10,543 nt of DNA from a virus: UHGV virus genome UHGV-0380619. One strand, written 5' to 3'. The position numbers and the translations under genes were made by a program. Shown one piece after another: positions 5,916-10,543 of the stretch (position 1 is the stretch's first letter; each line of letters begins with the position of its first letter). The notes beneath the pieces are model-generated. The model was given only the letters and a program-made list of their open reading frames with translations, ran no database searches and was not told where the DNA came from.

Positions 5916-6403
5916 TAAGCCCCCACGTAATTCCCTGACAGATACCACTCTTCACCCGATACAGCGCGCTTGCTGCTTTTCCGTAAACACCGCTCACGAC
6001 GCGCAAGAAAATTGTTTCGCTCTTGCTGGGAGTGGCTTTCACGGAATGCCGCCATCCACACCGTTGCAGCACGACGGTATAAGCCCCTGGACTCCAGTTC
6101 TTCAGCCTGACGGGTCAGGCACAAAATCACCCAGGGGTCGTTAGTGCCGACATAGAAATTGCTCACAGGTATGGTTTCAAGAACAGGTTGCAGTTTCTCC
6201 TCCTGCGATATCTCAGCCTGGTGTGGGAAATGTCTGCGTGTTTTCCCTTCACAACGGTGAGCCACACGCCCACTCTGACGTAACTTGCTTGCTGACTGCA
6301 GTACGCGCTGCCGTGAGTAACCTGCAAAAGCATCCGCAATGTCTCCGGAAGTACAGCCCGGATGGGCTTCAATGAATTTCTGAACTTCATTCAAAAGACT
6401 CAT
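5915..6403 (-). CDS. PerC-family transcriptional regulator-like protein (YfdN-like) with an N-terminal HTH-like region
   Basis: C-terminal LTRQAEELESRGLYRRAATVWMAAFRESHSQQERNNFLARRERCLRKS resembles PerC/Pch proteins. ATG at 6403 preceded by GGGGGTG; the track start at 6409 is GTG. Confidence 0.6.
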   Translation of the reverse strand: MSLLNEVQKFIEAHPGCTSGDIADAFAGYSRQRVLQSASKLRQSGRVAHRCEGKTRRHFPHQAEISQEEKLQPVLETIPVSNFYVGTNDPWVILCLTRQAEELESRGLYRRAATVWMAAFRESHSQQERNNFLARRERCLRKSSKRAVSGEEWYLSGNYVGA

Positions 6404-6405
6404 GA

Positions 6406-7347
6406 TCACCCCCTGAATCCTTCCGGGATCTGGCTGTAGTCCACGTTGTCGTAACTGGCTTTGAAGTACGGGTCCTCACGTTTTTCTGTGTGCGTGCTGA
6501 CGGACGGCGATAAGCGCAGGGAAAGCTCATCCCATTTTTCCCGCAACTTCGACGGGCTGAGCACGTTACGGCACCAGAACGGATCACGGCTGACGCGGCT
6601 GTACATCTCGCAGATTTGTTTGTGAGTACGACCATCCTGCACACACATCAGGCGAATTTCGTTTGCCCATGCTGTCCAGTTCGGTTCTTTGGGACGAACC
6701 ACCTCGCCGTCACATTCGGCGGCCTGCTCGTACAGGGCGATGATTTTTTTCCAGAGCCACTGTGCGCAGGTCAAATCATCCTGCGTTCCCCACTGGCGCT
6801 TTTTAGGGCTGAATACAACCGCATCAGGATGGCGAGTTAAAAAATCCTGTTCAGCCGTCTGCGTGTCCGGTTGCAAAGCGTCCGGACGAGAAGGTTTTTT
6901 ATCTGACGGATCATGTTTTGATTTTACTGACGGATCCCCGCCAGATTCTGACGGGTGAAAACACGCTTTTTTGCCAGATTTCGACGCATCAAATTTTGAC
7001 GGGTCAGATTTTGATGCGTCAGATTTTGACGGGTCAGAATCTGACAGTTGAGAAAATGCCGCAGCCTGAAGCTTCGCAACGTTAAGCTGATAAACATTCG
7101 ACGCATTGCGGTTACCCTGGCGACGCGCCTTACGCGTTAACCAGCCTTCTGCTTCCAGCCGTGCGATAGCCGTTCTGACGGTACTCATCCCCGCGCCAAT
7201 CTGGCGGGCAATGGTTTCAATTGATGGCCAGCACACACCCTCGTCATTACTGAAATCAGCCAGACGGGCCATAATTGCCACACTGGATAATTTCATGCCT
7301 GACGCTGCGCAACCATCCCATACATAGCCGGTTAATTTGGTGCTCAC
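6406..7347 (-). CDS. Replication initiator (lambda O-like; HTH replisome-organiser N-domain with low-complexity linker)
   Basis: GTG start at 7347 preceded by a strong SD AAGGAGGTG with an in-frame TAA immediately upstream. N-terminal HTH region (LTGYVWDGCAASGMKLSSVAIMARLADFSNDEGVCWPSIETIARQ). Central pentapeptide repeats (SDPSK/SDASK) encoded by iterons. Confidence 0.8.
   Translation of the reverse strand: MSTKLTGYVWDGCAASGMKLSSVAIMARLADFSNDEGVCWPSIETIARQIGAGMSTVRTAIARLEAEGWLTRKARRQGNRNASNVYQLNVAKLQAAAFSQLSDSDPSKSDASKSDPSKFDASKSGKKACFHPSESGGDPSVKSKHDPSDKKPSRPDALQPDTQTAEQDFLTRHPDAVVFSPKKRQWGTQDDLTCAQWLWKKIIALYEQAAECDGEVVRPKEPNWTAWANEIRLMCVQDGRTHKQICEMYSRVSRDPFWCRNVLSPSKLREKWDELSLRLSPSVSTHTEKREDPYFKASYDNVDYSQIPEGFRG
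6901..7048. repeat. Origin-like iteron array inside the O-like gene (about 8 copies, consensus AGATTTTGACGGGTC, 15-bp period in the core)
   Basis: Repeated TCTGACGG(G/A)TC-type units at about 6903, 6926, 6947, 6980, 6996, 7011, 7026 and 7041. Each unit contains a short inverted repeat (TCTGAC..GTCAGA). An AT-richer stretch follows at 6891-6930. Confidence 0.7.
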
Positions 7348-8201
7348 TTACGCACCTCCTTATGCTTTTCGTTCAGTTCCGAGTCCACCAGCCCGGCAAC
7401 GAATACACCATCGTTGATGTAGTCGTAGAGCGATGAAGCCAGCGGAGACTGAACTGAAACCAGCATCGGATAAAGTTGTTCTAACCAAACGCGGTGAATT
7501 TCAGCCATGTAGAGGTAAACAACGTGGGCATTGTGCGCGACACATGAAGTATCAACCTTTCCGATCAGCGCCTGTTCCATCTGGTTAAAGGCATTGATGT
7601 ATGCCTCTTTGAACTGGGCAGCACGTTTACCCGTGAAACCCATAGCAAGAAACGCAAAGCCATCGCGGGTTATTTGATAGCAAGGTAGTTTGCGAGTACC
7701 GCCGTTGGGCTGGCGTACCAAAATTGATGTCTCCGCAAAATTGCGGGCACAAAACTCTGGAGAACAATCCAAAATGCGAATCTTTTTCAGAACATCGTCA
7801 TGACGTTTAGAGAAGAAGTCAGCAACAGCCAAAGAAGATGTAACAGCCTGACCATCAACGATGGCAATTTCAGGTTGAGAGAGGGTTGGGAGAGTAGTCA
7901 TAGTGACAGCCCCGGTAGTCAGTTTTTTAGAAAACTCACCACATGGGACGCCAATCACAGAGGTGGTGAGACGTACAGGGTTGGCGTTACCGGAGACTAC
8001 CGAACCCGGCCCGACCGAAGTCGGCCCTGTACGCCCCACCATAATTTGGGCGTAGCAATGCTCATGACACGAAAAAACCGCATGAGCGCGGTTATGCTCA
8101 GTAATCAATTTCAGGACGCCAATCCCGGCAACGGATTTTGCCGCTGCCAGAACAATATAACGCCCAGAATTATCAGAATCAATCATTACTGGTTTGCTCA
8201 T
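7344..8201 (-). CDS. Rha-family phage regulatory protein with an unassigned ~100-aa N-terminal extension
   Basis: Rha-like core from about residue 101 (MTTLPTLSQPEIAIVDGQAVTSSLAVADFFSKRHDDVLKKIRILD...). ATG at 8201 preceded by AAGGGA; alternative internal start ATG at 7901. The N-terminal 100 aa have coding-like codon usage. Stop overlaps the O-like GTG start. Confidence 0.65.
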   Translation of the reverse strand: MSKPVMIDSDNSGRYIVLAAAKSVAGIGVLKLITEHNRAHAVFSCHEHCYAQIMVGRTGPTSVGPGSVVSGNANPVRLTTSVIGVPCGEFSKKLTTGAVTMTTLPTLSQPEIAIVDGQAVTSSLAVADFFSKRHDDVLKKIRILDCSPEFCARNFAETSILVRQPNGGTRKLPCYQITRDGFAFLAMGFTGKRAAQFKEAYINAFNQMEQALIGKVDTSCVAHNAHVVYLYMAEIHRVWLEQLYPMLVSVQSPLASSLYDYINDGVFVAGLVDSELNEKHKEVRK

Positions 8202-8210
8202 GATCGTCCC

Positions 8211-8549
8211 TTATCTCCCTGAACTTTTGCCTGAAATGCTCAAGCGGGCTGAAGCATTCATGTTCATAGCCTTCACGGAGGTAGATAACCCGTTGTGTTT
8301 CCGGCTCCCAACGAATGACTCTGACGGGCACTCCGTAGTGATCTTTGAACCAGCGGTTAACTTGTCGCAAAGGACTGTCTCCTTCTGCCGGTTGAAATCC
8401 CCCACAGCCCACTCTGCAAAGCAGTGGGTTACAATTTCCCTGTCACCTGGTACATTCACTGCATAGCAATACTCCACCTTCGCTTTTCCACCCGGTACAG
8501 GAAGCGCAATCAGTTGCGAGCGACGGTAGTGTGTTGTTAAACTGTTCAT
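8211..8549 (-). CDS. Hypothetical protein (112 aa), translationally coupled to the upstream gene
   Basis: ATG at 8549 overlaps the upstream stop (ATGA) and is preceded by GGAGAAA. It overlaps in a different frame with a second protein-like ORF at 8179-8412, so the assignment is ambiguous. Confidence 0.4.
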   Translation of the reverse strand: MNSLTTHYRRSQLIALPVPGGKAKVEYCYAVNVPGDREIVTHCFAEWAVGDFNRQKETVLCDKLTAGSKITTECPSESFVGSRKHNGLSTSVKAMNMNASARLSISGKSSGR

Positions 8550-9187
8550 GCGTTAGTTTCTCCACAACCAGAAGCAATCGACGCCACGACGCCCGGAGCT
8601 GCACACTCGCGGGCGTTACTCTTTTCCGGCGCACAAAAAACACGAAATAACAGTGTTAAATGCTCCTGCCACTTCGCCATTACTTGGTAGCTGTTCTCTT
8701 CGATTTGCTCACGCTCAGCTTGGTCAATAACTCCATCAGCAGTTGCCTTGCGTAAGTACTGGGAATGCTTGCCAATCCATTCTATTGACTCCATCAGCCG
8801 CTGATTAATGTCACCATTGTCAATGTCATCAATGACCACCAGCGGCACAAACACCCCATTACTACGACGGGCTATTGCATCCGTTACATGCCTGGTACCA
8901 CTGGCATCCTGTAAAACCATGGCCCACTCAAGTGGAAAAATTTGATCCCCACCGCTACGCAGTCTGTTATGCAATTGATCTTTTGCTGGGGTGATATCAT
9001 CAGATTTATACAAACCAAGAATTTCTGCTGCTTCCTCATAGCCATGAGGTAAATCAGCAATCGTTCTTCGTATTGCTGCCACCAGCCATGCTGGTTGCTT
9101 ATCAACTTTCCATTCAGGTTCTTTACCCACGTTTAAGCCCTCATATCTGTGGTTTCTGTAAATCGATTTATCCATTAGATTTTTCAT
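8546..9187 (-). CDS. CII-like / YdaT-like early regulatory protein (family uncertain)
   Basis: Long ORF immediately downstream of the Cro-like gene. Start not resolved: ATG at 9187 or 9175, both with weak SD; the track start at 9244 is GTG and would overlap cro extensively. Confidence 0.5.
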   Translation of the reverse strand: MKNLMDKSIYRNHRYEGLNVGKEPEWKVDKQPAWLVAAIRRTIADLPHGYEEAAEILGLYKSDDITPAKDQLHNRLRSGGDQIFPLEWAMVLQDASGTRHVTDAIARRSNGVFVPLVVIDDIDNGDINQRLMESIEWIGKHSQYLRKATADGVIDQAEREQIEENSYQVMAKWQEHLTLLFRVFCAPEKSNARECAAPGVVASIASGCGETNA

Positions 9188-9368
9188 AAAGCTCAGGTTT
9201 AAATGGCAACCGTCCGCAAGTTCTATATGCAGCCTCTGCTGCACGTCCTTTTGGAATTAACTGGCCAGGACGGTTTCGCCACTGATAAACGGCTTCAGTT
9301 GTTATGCCGAAAAAAGCAGCAACTTTCTCAATGCTGCCGAAGTAGCTTTCGATATCGTCAGTCGTCAT
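9168..9368 (-). CDS. cro: Cro-like repressor (YdaS-type HTH)
   Basis: 66-aa ORF. ATG at 9368 preceded by GGAGGG. Motif VAAFFGITTEAVYQWRNRPGQLIPKGRAAEA resembles the YdaS/Cro family. Divergent from the CI gene across an operator-rich intergenic region. Confidence 0.75.
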   Translation of the reverse strand: MTTDDIESYFGSIEKVAAFFGITTEAVYQWRNRPGQLIPKGRAAEAAYRTCGRLPFKPELYEKSNG

Positions 9369-9465
9369 ATGCCCTCCAAACTAAGTTTTATTAGATGTTA
9401 ATTATCAATCTATCTTAGGTCAATAAAAACTAAGATTACTTAGTAATTAAAGAAATGGTGCTCCT
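9369..9465. promoter_or_regulatory. Immunity-region control region: three operator-like 18-bp sites plus candidate pR (and implied pRM)
   Basis: Sites AACTAAGTTTTATTAGAT (9379-9396), AACTAAGATTACTTAGTA (9428-9445) and a weaker reverse-orientation site ACCTAAGATAGATTGATA (9403-9420), with centres 24-25 bp apart. Candidate minus-strand pR: -35 TTGACC (9418-9423), 17-bp spacer, -10 TAACAT (9395-9400). Confidence 0.55.
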
Positions 9466-10092
9466 ATGGAAACGGTTGGTCAGCGTATAAAAGCTCTGAG
9501 AAGAGTTACCAGAACGTCCCAGAAAGAATTGGGTAAATTTTGTGGAGTAAGTGACGTTGCTGTGGGGTACTGGGAGAAAGACATCAATGTCCCTGGTGGG
9601 GAAGCACTTTCAAAATTAGCGAAGTTCTTCAATACGTCAATAGATTACATTCTTTATGGTGCGGAGTTTGAAGGCAAACTCGTCACAAACATGCGCAGAG
9701 TTCCTGTAATCTCGTGGGTTCAGGCTGGGCAGTTTACTGAGTGCAGGACAGCAGAAGTGTTTAGTGAAGTAGACAAGTGGGTAGATACATCATTAAAGAT
9801 TGGTGATAACTCATTTGCATTGGAGGTTAAAGGCGACTCCATGACTAACCCTAACGGCCTCCCAACAATACCAGAAGGCGCAACAGTGATTGTAGATCCT
9901 GATGCAGAACCCCGGCATGGAAAAATAGTCATCGCTAGACTTGATGGAACAAACGAAGCCACAGTAAAAAAATTAGTTATCGATGGCCCTCAAAAGTTTT
10001 TAGTGCCATTAAATCCCCGGTACCCCAACATCCCGATCAATGGTAATTGCCTCATCATTGGTGTAGTCAAAGGAGTTCAATACGAACTCTAG
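9466..10092 (+). CDS. cI: CI-type prophage repressor (HTH-XRE N-domain plus LexA-like S24 autopeptidase C-domain)
   Basis: 208-aa ORF. N-terminal HTH (QKELGKFCGVSDVAVGYWEKD). C-terminal S24 motifs: GDSM (Ser nucleophile) and VKKL (Lys), with a QAG candidate cleavage region. Confidence 0.9.
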   Translation: METVGQRIKALRRVTRTSQKELGKFCGVSDVAVGYWEKDINVPGGEALSKLAKFFNTSIDYILYGAEFEGKLVTNMRRVPVISWVQAGQFTECRTAEVFSEVDKWVDTSLKIGDNSFALEVKGDSMTNPNGLPTIPEGATVIVDPDAEPRHGKIVIARLDGTNEATVKKLVIDGPQKFLVPLNPRYPNIPINGNCLIIGVVKGVQYEL

Positions 10093-10112
10093 CCCCCCTT
10101 TTCTCTAACCAA

Positions 10113-10148
10113 AACACCGAACTAAGAAAAGTTTGGTGTTTTCTCTTG
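10113..10148 (+). terminator. Intrinsic terminator downstream of cI
   Basis: AACACCGAAC / GTTTGGTGTT stem (10113-10122 and 10131-10140, one G.U), 8-nt loop, followed by a T-rich run TTCTCTTG. Confidence 0.55.
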
Positions 10149-10180
10149 CCATCAAAACTAAGTTAAGTTAGATTTTATAT
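10146..10180 (+). promoter_or_regulatory. OL-like operator with candidate pL
   Basis: AACTAAGTTAAGTTAGAT at 10156-10173 shares the AACTAA-N6-TTAGAT pattern with the OR sites. Candidate -35 TTGCCA (10146-10151), 17-bp spacer, -10 TAGATT (10169-10174). Confidence 0.4.
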
Positions 10181-10281
10181 CAAAGATAACGAACAGGCAG
10201 GACGCCCACGAAGTAGCCGCCCGGGGCATATGAAGTCCAGGATGATTCGTTAGCAACAAAAAAGCGCCCTACAGGACGCTT

Positions 10282-10293
10282 AGCTCTTTAACA
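10282..10293 (+). promoter_or_regulatory. boxA-like antitermination element (GCTCTTTAACAA) downstream of the candidate pL
   Basis: 12/12 match to the rrn-type boxA core as recalled. A GC hairpin (about 10262-10279) lies immediately upstream rather than downstream. Confidence 0.35.
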
Positions 10294-10543
10294 ATCTTGG
10301 TATCCCCGTAACAAAAGAGGGTTCTATGGTCATATTCTGTGCTTACGTTCATCCTAATGGATTTTTTATCAGCACCAACCAACAAGACGAATTCTGGATT
10401 CTATGAACCGCCCCGGGTTTCCTGGAGAGTATTTTATCTGTGAACTCAGGCTGCCAGATCATCGTTTCCGATGGAAGCATAATAAGCTTTTTCTGCTTCT
10501 GCCGGAGGAGTATGGCCCAGCCTTTCCAGCAATCGTCGATTGT

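Noticed and set aside
5647-6390. Minus-strand ORFs 5647-6072 and 6163-6390 in alternative frames over the LexA-like and PerC-like genes
   Set aside because: They overlap the better-supported frames, which have translational coupling and recognisable domains. Their translations are Arg/Gly-rich.
6387-7106. ORFs 6387-6644, 6616-6840, 6689-6958 and 6924-7106 inside or antisense to the O-like gene, including the repeat peptide LTRQNLTHQNLTRQNL
   Set aside because: The apparent repeat protein is the iteron array read in a non-coding frame. The O-like frame has the strong SD, an HTH domain and a consistent length.
7800-8222. 140-aa plus-strand ORF antisense to the Rha-family gene
   Set aside because: Arg/Trp-rich junk-like translation opposite a gene with good codon usage.
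9219-9244. GTG start at 9244 for the CII/YdaT-like ORF (232-aa version)
   Set aside because: It would overlap about 75 nt of the cro coding sequence. The internal ATGs at 9187 or 9175 are more plausible, though neither has a strong SD.
9203-9394. 63-aa plus-strand ORF antisense to cro
   Set aside because: It overlaps the cro coding region and operator region, with no SD. Shadow ORF.
1-10543. SOS boxes (CTGT-N8-ACAG) as targets for the LexA-like protein
   Set aside because: A manual scan found only partial matches (for example CTGTAGGTTATCAACA near 1264) and no canonical site, so I make no claim of local LexA-type regulation.
1-10543. CRISPR arrays, IS elements or transposases, integrase or att sites, toxin cargo (Stx)
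   Set aside because: No spacer-repeat periodicity, no transposase-like or integrase-like ORF, and no ORF in the tRNA-to-holin slot.

Overview
This window looks like the interior of a lambdoid prophage of phage 21/82 type (similar in layout to the E. coli Qin/DLP12 prophages), in an E. coli-like enterobacterial background. Almost all genes are on the minus strand, running from high to low coordinates: a Cro-like regulator, a CII/YdaT-like ORF, an uncharacterised ORF, a Rha-family protein, an O-like replication initiator with origin iterons inside its coding sequence, a nin-like block (PerC-like regulator, LexA-DNA-binding-domain-only protein, RusA resolvase, KilA-N antirepressor-like protein, DUF968/HNH-like protein), the Q antiterminator, a tR'-like terminator, a truncated DNA methyltransferase remnant, three tRNAs (Ile2-CAU, Arg-UCG, Arg-UCU), then a lysis cassette (S21-type pinholin, DUF1327 protein, SAR endolysin) and a small terminal ORF. 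The only clear plus-strand gene is a CI-type repressor (HTH plus S24 peptidase) at 9466-10092, flanked by operator-like 18-bp sites on both sides. No integrase, CRISPR array, IS element or toxin cargo is visible. I do not see a clearly novel multi-gene system; the items most worth follow-up are the LexA-DBD-only protein translationally coupled to RusA, the non-canonical lysis cassette (DUF1327 insertion, no adjacent spanin, possible antisense unit), a palindromic repeat pair inside the KilA-N gene, and the ambiguous overlapping ORFs near 8200-8550. All family assignments are from reading the translations and recalled motifs, with no database search run.
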